From Chloroflexota bacterium (GTDB lineage Bacteria > Chloroflexota > DTOL01 > JACQYG01), in the NCBI GenBank assembly GCA_040754915.1, contig JBFMCB010000001.1, positions 4,443-68,442 of the forward strand: a stretch of DNA of 64,000 nt. The letters run 5' to 3'. Of the stretch, positions 7,821-16,917 are shown piece by piece; position 1 is the first letter of the stretch; each line of letters starts with the position of its first letter. The translations under genes and the position numbers were made by a program. The notes beneath the pieces are model-generated. The model searched no databases, was not told where the DNA came from, and worked only from the letters and a program-made list of their open reading frames with translations.

Positions 7821-10442
7821 ATGAAGAAGGCCTCCTACCTGGGTATCCTCGTCCTGCCACTGGCGCTTTCCCTCCTCTTGTGGTCTAACCCTCGCAACTC
7901 CCTGGCCATTGCTCCTTCATTGGCCTCAGGTAGTGCCAGGATCCCGGTATTCTTCCTGGGCAGGGAAGGCAGTGTAAGAAGGGCCCTCTCCATATCTCCA
8001 GAGGTCAGCCTGGTTTCCCAGCCCTCTGATGTCAGGGCGGTGGTGATCGACAACGACCTGCTGGAGGAGGCCCAGGCACGGAGGCTGAACACAACCGTCC
8101 AGGCTGGCACAGGGATGGTGATCTTCCTGGGAAACCAGATCACCTCGTCCATGCTGGAGGCGTTGCTGGGAACCCCTGTGTCCCTGGAGCCGCGCTCTCA
8201 GGTGGAAAGCATTGTGGCCAACAAGGCCTTGGCCGATGCGCTCCTGAGCCAGATCACCTGGAACTCGGCCCCCCAGGTCCGCGAGAGGTCCGTACCGAGG
8301 TTTCGAGAGCTGCAGCCGCAGGCCCTGGTGCAAACCTACAAGGTGACCGACGCGGAGCCGGTGATCATGCGTTTCGTCGTGGGAAAAGGGACCGTCTACC
8401 TGCTCACCCCCTGGCTCTCCGAGAGGGCCAACGTACACCTGCAGCAGTGGCCGTATTTTAACTACCTGGTGTATCACCTCACCGCCCGGGCCGCTGGTGA
8501 CGAGGCCATGTCCTTTGCCGATTACCCGGTTTCGCCGGTCCCCCATTCCAACGAAAAGCTATTTCTGGTTTTCACACTGGTTCTAATGATCAGTACTACG
8601 GTGGGCGTTTTCATTGTCGTTCGTCGGTATAGTCTGAGACACCCGGAGAAGCTGCAACAGATCGTGGTCAACGGTGAGGGATACCAACAAGCGGAGACGG
8701 CCGAGTGGGAGGAGATAGGCTTCCACCGTCCCCTGGCCGGCTTTTTGCTCCTGCTGGCCATGGGGCTTGTGCTGTTCATCCCGCTGATGGTCTATCAGAG
8801 CATCGTCTTACCCCGGTTTCTTTTGCCCTCGGCCCAGGCCATCGGCATCACCTGGGCCGTCCCCCGCTTTTTCGAGCTCTTCTGGGTGCTGTTTGATTGG
8901 GGCACCAGCATCGCGCTGATCAAGTACTTCGCCGAATACCGTGTGGATCAGCCCGAGCGCGGCATCAAGTACGTCCAGCTCTTCGTCTGGTGGCAGGCCA
9001 TCACCGGTACCATCCAGTTAAGTTGGGTGGCCCTTCTGGCCGCCTTCGTAGTGCCCAACACCGCCTACGCCTATCTTTCCTACTACTTTGTGATTCACGC
9101 CATCATCCAGTTTCCTGGTTTCTTGCGGGTTTACCAGTACGTATTGCGGGCCTTCCAACGGCTGGACTACGATCAGATCTTGAACATCCTGGCGACCTTG
9201 GCCCCCGTAGTTGTCCAGACCGCTACCGTGTGGTTTATGGTCCGCTGGGGTATGGGCAACCCGGTCTTTGGGGAGGCCATGGGCGGGGTCTTCGGCGTGG
9301 GTTTGAGCCTGTACCTGATCGAGGTGAGCGTCTTCCTGGTGGGTTTTTGGCTGTACAGGCGCCTCGGCTACGGTGCCAGCGTGATCTTCCTGGCCCACTT
9401 CGACTGGGAGACGCTGAAAAGGGCCCTGAGGTTCGGGTTCGCGGTAACCGTGGCCGGGATATTCGGCTCCCTGGGCTGGGCCGTCCAGATAGTCTTGATG
9501 GAACGTTACCTGGTGAATTACTCCGAGGTGATGGGGAACTGGAACGTGGCCTTTGGGCTCATCCTGGCTTTCGCCGCGTTGGGCGGGCTCTACCAGGGGA
9601 TGATGCCGGGCATCTCTGAATCCTTCAGCCACAAGCGCCAGGAGTTGACGGCCTACTACGTAGCCCAGGGCTTCAAGTACGGGGGTTGGTTCAGTGGCTG
9701 GATCGGCGGCGCTCTCCTGGCGGTCTGCGACCGTTTCATCTTGGGCTCCCTCGGTAGCGAGTGGGCCAGGGCCGCGGAGATCGTGGGGGTATTGATCGTC
9801 TGGGGGGCAGTGCAGTACCCGGCCTGGTTTGCCGACCGGGTCCAGGAAGGCACGGGCAAGCCTTACCTCATGGCACTTCTCCTGATCATGGAACAGACCC
9901 TGCGCATCGTCCTCATGTTTGTGTTCGTCCCCACACTTCAGCTCTGGGGTCTCATCCTGGCCTATTTGATCGCCCTGCCGACGAAGGATGTGGTCGCCTG
10001 GCTGGTGAACTGGAAGCTCATCATCAGGCCCCGGATCTACTGGTGGCAGTCTTTCGTGGCTCCGCTCCTGGCAGCGGCGGTTACGTACCTGGCCCTGCGG
10101 TCCTTGGGGGACCTGCTCTGGCGTAGCGACATCGTCGCGAGCATGCTCCTCTTCTTCATCGCCATCCTGCCCTCTTTACCTTTCTTCTGTTTCTTCAATG
10201 GCCTCTTCGGTGGGTGGGAGGACCACGGGCTCCTGGAGCTGAGAAAGGCCGCCTCCATGAGCAGCTTCGCCCGGCCTTTTTCCTGGATGATCTACTGGTC
10301 TACGTACTGGGGGGCCAGGATATCGCCCCTGCACAACCGTTTTCCGATGGTGGTTTCCCCAGCCCTGGCCGAGGCCCGCTCCCTTACCAAGGAGAAGGTC
10401 TCTCTGGTGGGGCGGCCTCTGCCGGCCCAGCACGGGTCCTGA
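7821..10442 (+). CDS. large polytopic membrane protein with N-terminal periplasmic domain (possibly MOP-flippase-like); function unknown
   Basis: 873 aa; signal peptide (MKKASYLGILVLPLALSLLLW), roughly 250-aa soluble N-domain, then at least 14 predicted hydrophobic helices. No catalytic motif recognised. Confidence 0.6.
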   Translation: MKKASYLGILVLPLALSLLLWSNPRNSLAIAPSLASGSARIPVFFLGREGSVRRALSISPEVSLVSQPSDVRAVVIDNDLLEEAQARRLNTTVQAGTGMVIFLGNQITSSMLEALLGTPVSLEPRSQVESIVANKALADALLSQITWNSAPQVRERSVPRFRELQPQALVQTYKVTDAEPVIMRFVVGKGTVYLLTPWLSERANVHLQQWPYFNYLVYHLTARAAGDEAMSFADYPVSPVPHSNEKLFLVFTLVLMISTTVGVFIVVRRYSLRHPEKLQQIVVNGEGYQQAETAEWEEIGFHRPLAGFLLLLAMGLVLFIPLMVYQSIVLPRFLLPSAQAIGITWAVPRFFELFWVLFDWGTSIALIKYFAEYRVDQPERGIKYVQLFVWWQAITGTIQLSWVALLAAFVVPNTAYAYLSYYFVIHAIIQFPGFLRVYQYVLRAFQRLDYDQILNILATLAPVVVQTATVWFMVRWGMGNPVFGEAMGGVFGVGLSLYLIEVSVFLVGFWLYRRLGYGASVIFLAHFDWETLKRALRFGFAVTVAGIFGSLGWAVQIVLMERYLVNYSEVMGNWNVAFGLILAFAALGGLYQGMMPGISESFSHKRQELTAYYVAQGFKYGGWFSGWIGGALLAVCDRFILGSLGSEWARAAEIVGVLIVWGAVQYPAWFADRVQEGTGKPYLMALLLIMEQTLRIVLMFVFVPTLQLWGLILAYLIALPTKDVVAWLVNWKLIIRPRIYWWQSFVAPLLAAAVTYLALRSLGDLLWRSDIVASMLLFFIAILPSLPFFCFFNGLFGGWEDHGLLELRKAASMSSFARPFSWMIYWSTYWGARISPLHNRFPMVVSPALAEARSLTKEKVSLVGRPLPAQHGS

Positions 10443-10498
10443 AACCTGATATTAGATGTTTCGGTATATATTATGTTGCTAACATTTTCCGGCAGATT

Positions 10499-10508
10499 GT
10501 GCTATAAT
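10499..10508 (+). promoter_or_regulatory. extended -10 element TGcTATAAT in the AT-rich region upstream of nfnA
   Basis: Read directly, 31 nt upstream of the GTG start; no well-spaced -35. Confidence 0.4.
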
Positions 10509-10539
10509 TAACAACTTAGTAAACAGGAGGAGGTTTTAG

Positions 10540-11439
10540 GTGTTCAAGATCGTGGCCAGAGAAGACCTAGCGCCGGGTTTGGAACAGTTCGTCATTGCCG
10601 CGCCAGCGGTGGCCAGAAAGGCCCGGGCCGGCCAGTTCGTCGTGATAAGGGTGGACGAGTATGGCGAAAGGGTGCCTCTCACCATCGCCGACTGGGACGA
10701 AACGCAAGGCACGGTGACGATCGTTTCCCAGGAGGTGGGCGTTACCACCCGGAAGCTCGGCCGGCTTGGGGCCGGCGATTCGGTGCTGGACTTCATTGGC
10801 CCCCTGGGGCTGCCCAGCGAGGCGGAGCACTTCGGAGACGTGGTGGTCGTCGGCGGGGGCGTGGGCATCGCCGTGGCATACCCGGTGGCACGGGCCATGA
10901 AGGCCAACGGCAATCACGTCATCTCGATCATCGGCGCTCGTTGTCAAAACCTGATCTTCTGGGAAGATAGAGTTCGCGCGGTGAGCGATGAGGTCATTGT
11001 CACCACCGACGATGGTTCCTACGGCCGCAAGGCGCTCGTGACCCAACCGCTGAAGGAGCTCCTGGAGATCGGCAGAGCGATAGATCGTGTCATTGCCATT
11101 GGGCCCTCGATCATGATGAAGTTCGTGGCCAAGACCACAGAGCCCTTTGGCGTCAAGACCATCGTCAGCATCAACTCGATCATGGTGGATGGCACCGGCA
11201 TGTGCGGCGCCTGTCGCATTAGCGTTGGCGGCCAAACCAAGTTCGCTTGTGTGGACGGGCCGGATTTCGACGGCCATCTGGTGGATTGGGAACTCTTGAT
11301 GGCCCGGCAACGCATCTATCACGACGAAGAGAAGCGTGCCCTGGAGCTATTCCAGGAGAAGTGCCAATCGTGCCGTGAGGAGGAACGGCGTGTCGCAGCC
11401 CATCGACCAGACAAAATTGCTACCGCGGTGCGCGTGTAG
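10540..11439 (+). CDS. nfnA: NADH-dependent reduced ferredoxin:NADP+ oxidoreductase subunit A (NfnA / sulfide dehydrogenase SudB-like, FAD/[2Fe-2S])
   Basis: GTG start after strong SD (ACAGGAGGAGG); ferredoxin-NADP reductase-like fold (GQFVVIRV, VVVGGGVGIA) with C-terminal Cys cluster MCGACRISVGGQTKFACVDGPDF; paired with a GltD-like gene downstream. Confidence 0.8.
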   Translation: MFKIVAREDLAPGLEQFVIAAPAVARKARAGQFVVIRVDEYGERVPLTIADWDETQGTVTIVSQEVGVTTRKLGRLGAGDSVLDFIGPLGLPSEAEHFGDVVVVGGGVGIAVAYPVARAMKANGNHVISIIGARCQNLIFWEDRVRAVSDEVIVTTDDGSYGRKALVTQPLKELLEIGRAIDRVIAIGPSIMMKFVAKTTEPFGVKTIVSINSIMVDGTGMCGACRISVGGQTKFACVDGPDFDGHLVDWELLMARQRIYHDEEKRALELFQEKCQSCREEERRVAAHRPDKIATAVRV

Positions 11440-11453
11440 GAAAGGATGAATCA

Positions 11454-12842
11454 ATGCCAGTCAATCTTGAACGGCAGCCAATGCCCCATCAGAAGCCCCA
11501 GGTACGGGCGCGCAATTTCGAAGAGGTAGCCCTAGGCTATACCTGGGAGATGGCCATGGCCGAGGCGGCGCGCTGCCTGCAGTGCAAGAAGCCTTTCTGC
11601 CGTCAGGGGTGCCCGGTGGAAGTGGAGATCCCGAGCTTTATCAAGCTCCTCAGAGAGGCTGACATGCTGGCCGCGGTGGCGGCCCTGAAGAGCAAAAATA
11701 ACCTGCCAGGCATCTGCGGCCGGGTTTGTCCCCAGGAGACCCAGTGTGAGGAGCTGTGCGTCCTGAATAAGAAAGGTGCGCCGGTGGCCATCGGCCGGCT
11801 GGAACGTTTTGTGGCCGATTGGGAGCTGGCTAACGGGGTCAAGGAGCCGGAGGCCCCGCCCTCCACCGGCAAACGAGTAGCAGTGGTGGGGTCTGGCCCG
11901 GCCGGCGTCACTGCGGCGGCAGACCTGGCCCGCCTGGGACACCGGGTCACCGTCTTCGAGGCCCTGCACGTGCCCGGCGGGGTGCTCATGTATGGCATCC
12001 CGGAGTTCAGGTTGCCCAAGCGCATCGTCCAGGTCGAACTGGACTACGTACGTAAGCTGGGGGTGGACATCGTCGTGGATTCGGTGATCGGGAGGATAAA
12101 CACGGTGGACGAACTCCTGGCCGACGGCTTCCATGCAGTATTCCTGGGCACAGGGGCCGGCCTCCCTCAATTCCTGGGGATCCCTGGCGAGAACGCCAAC
12201 GGCGTCTACTCGGCTAACGAGTTTTTGACCAGGACCAACCTGATGAAGGCATACCTCTTCCCGGAGTACGACACCCCCATCAAGGTTGGGAAGAAGGTCG
12301 CGGTGGTGGGCGGTGGCAACGTGGCCATGGATGCCGCCCGCTGCGCTCTGCGCCTGGGAGCAGACCAGGTGACCATCGTCTATCGGCGGTCCCGGGCCGA
12401 GATGCCGGCCCGCCGCGAAGAGGTGGAGAATGCCGAGGAGGAAGGCATTGTCTTCAAACTGCTAACCAATCCCGTGCGCATCCATTCCAACGAGAACGGC
12501 TGGGTGACCGGCATGGAGTGTTTGGAGATGGAACTGGGAGAGCCCGATTCCAGCGGCCGGAGACGGCCCATTCCCAAACCGGGCTCAGAGTTCGTGCTGG
12601 AGTGCGATGTGGTGGTCATCGCCATCGGCACCAGCCCCAACCCCTTGGTGCCCCGGACCACCAAGGGCCTGGAGACCACCAGGCACGGTACAGTGGTGGC
12701 CGATGAGATCACCGGCGCCACCACCAAACCTCGGGTTTGGGCCGGGGGCGACGTGGTGACCGGCGCCGCCACGGTCATCAGCGCCATGGGCGCGGGCAAG
12801 CGGGCGGCGGCATCCATCGATGCCTTCCTGAGGTCAGACTGA
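11454..12842 (+). CDS. nfnB: NfnB / glutamate synthase small-subunit-like NADPH-dependent FAD oxidoreductase with two [4Fe-4S] clusters
   Basis: 462 aa; N-terminal Cys motifs (CLQCKKPFCRQGCPVEVEIP, CGRVCPQETQCEELC), dinucleotide-binding VAVVGSGPAGVTAAADLARLGHRVTVFEA and second Rossmann VAVVGGGNVAMDAARCALRLGA: the GltD/NfnB architecture. Confidence 0.85.
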   Translation: MPVNLERQPMPHQKPQVRARNFEEVALGYTWEMAMAEAARCLQCKKPFCRQGCPVEVEIPSFIKLLREADMLAAVAALKSKNNLPGICGRVCPQETQCEELCVLNKKGAPVAIGRLERFVADWELANGVKEPEAPPSTGKRVAVVGSGPAGVTAAADLARLGHRVTVFEALHVPGGVLMYGIPEFRLPKRIVQVELDYVRKLGVDIVVDSVIGRINTVDELLADGFHAVFLGTGAGLPQFLGIPGENANGVYSANEFLTRTNLMKAYLFPEYDTPIKVGKKVAVVGGGNVAMDAARCALRLGADQVTIVYRRSRAEMPARREEVENAEEEGIVFKLLTNPVRIHSNENGWVTGMECLEMELGEPDSSGRRRPIPKPGSEFVLECDVVVIAIGTSPNPLVPRTTKGLETTRHGTVVADEITGATTKPRVWAGGDVVTGAATVISAMGAGKRAAASIDAFLRSD

Positions 12843-12883
12843 GCGTAAGGAACGCGAGTACGCGTTTATCTCAGCCTGAGCCG

Positions 12884-13195
12884 ATGAACGTAGTTGACAG
12901 AAGGGACGGCACAGCCCTCACGTGCACGCTCACAGTCAAGGTCATCCCTCGATCCGGTCGCGACGAGATCGTCGGCCTGAAAGCTGATGGCGCTTGGAGA
13001 ATCCGCCTAAAAGCCCCACCGGTGGAGGGCCGTGCCAACGAGGCCCTGGTCAGTTTTCTTGCTGATAGTCTAGGCGTGGCGAAGGACCAATTGGAGATCG
13101 TAGCCGGACACGCCGGGCGCCGCAAGCTCCTCCGCCTGACCGGTCTGGCCGCCAGTGAAGCGGGGGGGCGGCTCGCCGCGTTCCAGCGGTCTTGA
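12884..13195 (+). CDS. DUF167 (YggU/UPF0235) family protein
   Basis: 103 aa from ATG 12884: MNVVDRRDGTALTCTLTVKVIPRSGRDEIVGL...RLKAPPVEGRANEALVSFLADSLGV matches the DUF167 pattern (KV.P.S.R..I........L.V.V...P..G.AN..L..FLA). The track ORF's upstream part overlaps nfnB and is not coding. Confidence 0.75.
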   Translation: MNVVDRRDGTALTCTLTVKVIPRSGRDEIVGLKADGAWRIRLKAPPVEGRANEALVSFLADSLGVAKDQLEIVAGHAGRRKLLRLTGLAASEAGGRLAAFQRS

Positions 13196-13539
13196 CAAAT
13201 CTGCTATAATGGATACATCGAGTCCAGTATTCCCAGGCCTCGATCCGCGCTATGGTAGCGCGGTATCGAGCACAGACGTCGGGACAGCGCTGCCCCTCGC
13301 AACGCAGCCTCTGTGCTTAGCCGCCTTTGATTCGCCGATCTCCCATGCTCCAATAGTCTGGCACTAGGTTGGGCCAGGCGTCTGAAAATATAGCGGGGCC
13401 GTGAGACTTTTCATCGAGGCTCTGAGGAGCAGTGTCTACGAAAGGAGGGCTTAGCCGCAAAGATAGAAAGGGAACACATAGCCAGGACGCCAGCTTTGAC
13501 CATTCGAAGTTTTTAGAGAAAGCCAGACTGGAGGGTACA

Positions 13540-14415
13540 ATGCTGTTGGATAATCGAAGGAAAGTTGTTCTAGGTACTATCGTGACCCTTATAGTAGCGC
13601 TGTCGCTCCTGGCGTGCTCCTTCGGGGCGGCGCCGACAGCACCCACCGCTACCCCATCGGCCGCCAAGCCCACGCTGCCGTCTGCAGCCACCCCTGTGCC
13701 GCCGACGCCTACGCCGGCACCTAAGCTATTCGGTGACCTTTGGACAGAGGCCCTGAATAAGGCCAAGACGGCCACCAAGTACCGGATGGCTATGTCGTTT
13801 ATCATTGGAGCGACTGAAAAGGGACAGTTCAAGGAACAACCGTTCATCGTGATGGAAGGCATAGTCGTTGACAAAGATTCTCAGCAAACCTTCACCGGCG
13901 GTTTGCTGAACGAGCTTTTGGGTGGCGCGAAGATCGAGATGGTCCAGGTTGGCGGCAAGTCGTACATGAAGGGCATGCAGATGTTCGGCATGACCGATCC
14001 GAACAAGTGGTACATCATGCCGGATACTTCGCAGTCCAAGCCGCCGGTCGAACCCGACGACATGTTTAACATGGCCGGTCAAGACCTGAAAGGGTCTAAG
14101 CAAGTTGGCACGGAGACGTTGGATGGCCAGGCGTGCCAGGTCTGGGCGTGGGACATGAAGTCCATCACGGCGCTGACCGGCTTCCTCGTCAGCCCGGAAG
14201 CGAAAGGTGAATTTAGTGCCCTTGACAAGGCCGAGGTCAAATCGTGGCTCTGCGCCGATGGCTATGTCCACCAAGTCGCGATGGAAATCGCCGGACACGA
14301 CGCCAAGGACCCCACCGCGAAGGGCTCCATGAAGATCAAGACGCGCATGTGGGACTTCAACAACCCAACGCTTTCGGTCAAGGCTCCGGAAGGTGCGGTG
14401 CCTTTCGCCCCGTAG
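13540..14415 (+). CDS. putative lipoprotein (LppX/LprG/LolA-like fold?), lower-GC gene
   Basis: ATG 13540 with SD GGAGGG; signal peptide with lipobox (LIVALSLLAC-S), Pro/Thr/Ala linker, then about 230-aa soluble domain. Local GC visibly lower than neighbours. The track's longer 13432 start adds a hydrophilic 36-aa extension and is less likely. Confidence 0.6.
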   Translation: MLLDNRRKVVLGTIVTLIVALSLLACSFGAAPTAPTATPSAAKPTLPSAATPVPPTPTPAPKLFGDLWTEALNKAKTATKYRMAMSFIIGATEKGQFKEQPFIVMEGIVVDKDSQQTFTGGLLNELLGGAKIEMVQVGGKSYMKGMQMFGMTDPNKWYIMPDTSQSKPPVEPDDMFNMAGQDLKGSKQVGTETLDGQACQVWAWDMKSITALTGFLVSPEAKGEFSALDKAEVKSWLCADGYVHQVAMEIAGHDAKDPTAKGSMKIKTRMWDFNNPTLSVKAPEGAVPFAP

Positions 14416-14432
14416 TCAGAAGCGAAAACAAG

Positions 14433-14458
14433 TAGGGCAGGGGGAACCCTGCCCTACT
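14433..14458 (+). terminator. GC-rich hairpin immediately after the lipoprotein stop (11-bp perfect stem GTAGGGCAGGG/CCCTGCCCTAC, GGAA loop); putative U-tract-less intrinsic terminator
   Basis: Perfect inverted repeat read directly from the sequence, 18 nt after the stop at 14415. Confidence 0.45.
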
Positions 14459-14677
14459 GCGTCAATGGCGGCTATTCATCGTCCTCAATACATTGTTAAG
14501 TTCACCCTCGTGCCCTTGCCCTCACCCGCGCTTCAGGGAATAGTCCAATATCCCGGCGACGATAAATACCAACCCCCTTCACCGCTTGTTGGTTATGAGG
14601 CGGCACTTCCATGCCGGGCTGGAGATCTCTAGAAGTGCAGCCGAAAAGCCGTTTTTACCGCAGAGCCCGCTGCCTGT

Positions 14678-14700
14678 GTCCCGGAGTGCAACTCCGGGAC
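14678..14700. repeat. palindromic repeat copy (GTCCCGGAGT-GCA-ACTCCGGGAC), inner-arm version of the window's REP-like family
   Basis: Perfect 10-bp arms; same inner arms as copies at 14737, 57540, 57746 and 58621. Confidence 0.7.
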
Positions 14701-14736
14701 GAGCGCAGAGATAGAAGAAAGATCCTTGCGAGCTCT

Positions 14737-14765
14737 GATGTCCCGGAGTTCAACTCCGGGACATC
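14737..14765. repeat. palindromic repeat copy (GATGTCCCGGAGTT-C-AACTCCGGGACATC)
   Basis: 29-bp perfect palindrome, 36 bp from the 14678 copy (paired arrangement like a BIME). Confidence 0.75.
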
Positions 14766-14854
14766 ACGTGGGGTTCTCGGCCGCATCTCTAGGACCGGCT
14801 AGATAGGGGAGATCAAGGCGCCCAAGTGATAGTTGGGAACAGAGTGAGAGCGAA

Positions 14855-14895
14855 GCGGGGAAGGATGGTGGAAATCCTTCCCCGCTTTCTTTTCG
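14855..14895. terminator. bidirectional intrinsic-terminator-like hairpin between convergent genes (GCGGGGAAGGAT-loop-ATCCTTCCCCGC followed by TTTCTTTTCG)
   Basis: 12-bp stem, 7-nt loop, T-rich tract on the plus strand; lies between the plus-strand lipoprotein gene and the minus-strand M1 peptidase gene whose stop is at 14905. Confidence 0.6.
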
Positions 14896-14904
14896 TGTTT
14901 CCTG

Positions 14905-16515
14905 TCACCTTCTCTTTCTCCCATGGCTGGGGCTTTTCAACAACCAGAACCAAACCAGGGAGGCCGATAAAACCAGGCCAATGAGCATTGCATACAGGAG
15001 CACCTCAGTAGTGGGATCACGTTCGCCCGGCGTGGCCGCTAACGTAGGTATCCCGGTGGCTGGTTTGGTGGCGGCCAGGGCTGGTAACACGGTCGCCGTG
15101 GCTGCTGCCGAGGGCGTAGCTGCGGGCCAGGACAGCCCCTTAAGCCAGGGATAAGTAAAGTATCTGGTGAAGAGCGGCCTCAAGTCCACCTCGCTCTGCC
15201 TTTGTGCCTGAGCGAAGAAACTCTGGGGGGTGGCGATGTCATAGGAGAAGTCGTTGACATAATCGCGTAGCAGCCTGAAATATGCTTCGTCGCCCAGGCT
15301 ATCACGTAGCTCCTCCAGGAACAAGGCCCCTCGGCGGTAGACCATGGCGAAATAGTAGAGCTCATCATCGTAGTCATAGATCGAAGTATTGACTGGCCTA
15401 TCGCCTTTCTCCAGGTGATATTTCTCGTATCCGTCGTTAACCCGGGAGCTCCAAAGGCTGGGGAAGGCCGTGGGATAATCTTGCTTGAAAAAGGCAAGGG
15501 TCGTATGGGTGGTGAGAGCTTCGTCGAGCCAAGGGTCGTTGACCTGATCGTTTCCCACCAGGCCGTAAAACCATTGATGGCCGATCTCATGAGCTACCAG
15601 GTAGCTCAGGTAGTCACCCATCCCCCCAGGATTGGCGTAGGGACCGCTGGCGACGAAGACCAGGTTGGGATATTCCTGCCCGGAGCCGATCCAGGTGGGG
15701 GCATAGATCTCAGCCACCCCCAGACTCGGGTATGGGTATCGCCCCAGGGTGGAACCGAACCAGCGCAGGCTCTCGGCGGCCGCCCGGAGTGCCAGCTCGC
15801 CGCCAGCCCGGTGCTCGGGCAAAAAGTAAGAGGTCACGATAGTCCCATCGACCTGCTGCGATGCAGATTGATAGTGCTTGCTGATCGCCAGGGCAAAGTC
15901 GCGGACCTTTTCTGCAAGGAAGACCCACTGGTTACCATCATGGCTGACCTGGGTGCCGCTGTGGGCCACTGTTACCGGCTCTGAAGACCACAAGGTCACC
16001 CGGTAGTCCACCACCTCGGTGTAGAAGGCGTCGCCAATTTCCACGTACTGATGGCGATCCCAGTCACCGTTGAAGACGGCCAGGACCGGATACCAGTTTC
16101 CCAGGGCAATGATGCCGTTGCCAACGCCAAAGCGCCCCTGGTGCGGTGGCACGACCAAGGTGAAAGCCATCTCCACCGTGACCTGGGCCTCCGTTTGCAA
16201 GGGCTCAGGTAAGGTGGCTTCCAACACTACGCCCTGCAACTTGTAGGGGATATCCTTGCCTTCGATGGAAATCCTTTGGAGACGGAAGGCCTGGTAGTAA
16301 GCGGGAGTGACGTTGAAAACCAAGGAGGAAAGGCTCTGCCCGGTACGGTTGTAGTAGGTGATTTTCTCCACGACCTGAAACGAGGCCGTGGCATAGTCCA
16401 GCGAGACCTGAAGGTCGTAGCTGGTCCTGGCCTCGGAGGCCTGGATGCACGGTGCAGACAGAGCTGAGCCGATAACCAGGAGAAAGACGTAGACGAGAGA
16501 GAGGGACTTGTTCAT
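14905..16515 (-). CDS. secreted/membrane-anchored M1-family zinc aminopeptidase (gluzincin, aminopeptidase N-like)
   Basis: 536 aa; signal peptide; HEIGHQWFYGLVGNDQVNDPWLDEA gives HExxH plus downstream E of M1 peptidases; C-terminal Pro/Thr/Ala linker and hydrophobic anchor (LLYAMLIGLVLSASLVWFWLL). Confidence 0.8.
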   Translation of the reverse strand: MNKSLSLVYVFLLVIGSALSAPCIQASEARTSYDLQVSLDYATASFQVVEKITYYNRTGQSLSSLVFNVTPAYYQAFRLQRISIEGKDIPYKLQGVVLEATLPEPLQTEAQVTVEMAFTLVVPPHQGRFGVGNGIIALGNWYPVLAVFNGDWDRHQYVEIGDAFYTEVVDYRVTLWSSEPVTVAHSGTQVSHDGNQWVFLAEKVRDFALAISKHYQSASQQVDGTIVTSYFLPEHRAGGELALRAAAESLRWFGSTLGRYPYPSLGVAEIYAPTWIGSGQEYPNLVFVASGPYANPGGMGDYLSYLVAHEIGHQWFYGLVGNDQVNDPWLDEALTTHTTLAFFKQDYPTAFPSLWSSRVNDGYEKYHLEKGDRPVNTSIYDYDDELYYFAMVYRRGALFLEELRDSLGDEAYFRLLRDYVNDFSYDIATPQSFFAQAQRQSEVDLRPLFTRYFTYPWLKGLSWPAATPSAAATATVLPALAATKPATGIPTLAATPGERDPTTEVLLYAMLIGLVLSASLVWFWLLKSPSHGRKRR

Positions 16516-16891
16516 GGCACCAGTATAGCAAAAAAAGCCCGAGAAGCAAGGGCCCTTATACGATGTCCATCTTGCCCTCCTCTGAAAATAACATTAGCAG
16601 TCGGAGTGCAGCCTTTAGGCTGCCCGTGTCAGAAATCATCGCCCTCCAGGTAATCAATAACCGGCTGACGTTGCCAGCAATCGGGCAGGCATTGACAGGC
16701 TGAAGCCTGTACTCCAGTCATTTTGGAAAGGTTTTGCGAACTTTGCGTATCCTCTGAAAATAACCATCATTTTCATGCGTCGTGGTGCACCGCGGCGCAT
16801 GGATAACTCTCCTGTATCTGCACCCGGTTTAAACCTAACTGCAGCGGGCCGAAGGCCTTGGCCCCAATTGTGGCTTGCAGCCTGCTTCTCC

Positions 16892-16917
16892 TTGCAACCA
16901 TTTGCGGTATAATACGT
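16892..16917 (+). promoter_or_regulatory. ECF-sigma-type promoter (GCAACC-N16-CGTA) overlapping a TATAAT box, upstream of the sigma gene at 16940
   Basis: AAC at 16895-16897, CGTA at 16914-16917 (16-bp spacer); TATAAT 16908-16913. Confidence 0.45.

Noticed and set aside
8897-9632. ORFs 8897..9619 (+) and 9018..9632 (-) within the 873-aa membrane protein gene
   Set aside because: Out-of-frame or antisense shadows. Their products are Arg/Gly/Pro/His-rich low-complexity sequences.
10567-12817. Antisense ORFs within nfnA/nfnB (10567..11322 -, 11532..12170 -, 12380..12817 -)
   Set aside because: They overlap genes with unambiguous NfnAB motifs and are shadow ORFs.
12737-12883. 5' extension of the DUF167 ORF (track start 12737) overlapping the end of nfnB
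   Set aside because: The extension is an Arg/Gly/His-rich out-of-frame read of nfnB. The conserved DUF167 sequence begins at ATG 12884.
13192-13210. TTGACA and TATAAT hexamers at the DUF167 stop (TTGACAAATCTGCTATAAT)
   Set aside because: The spacer is only 7 bp, incompatible with sigma-70 geometry, so this is not called as a promoter.
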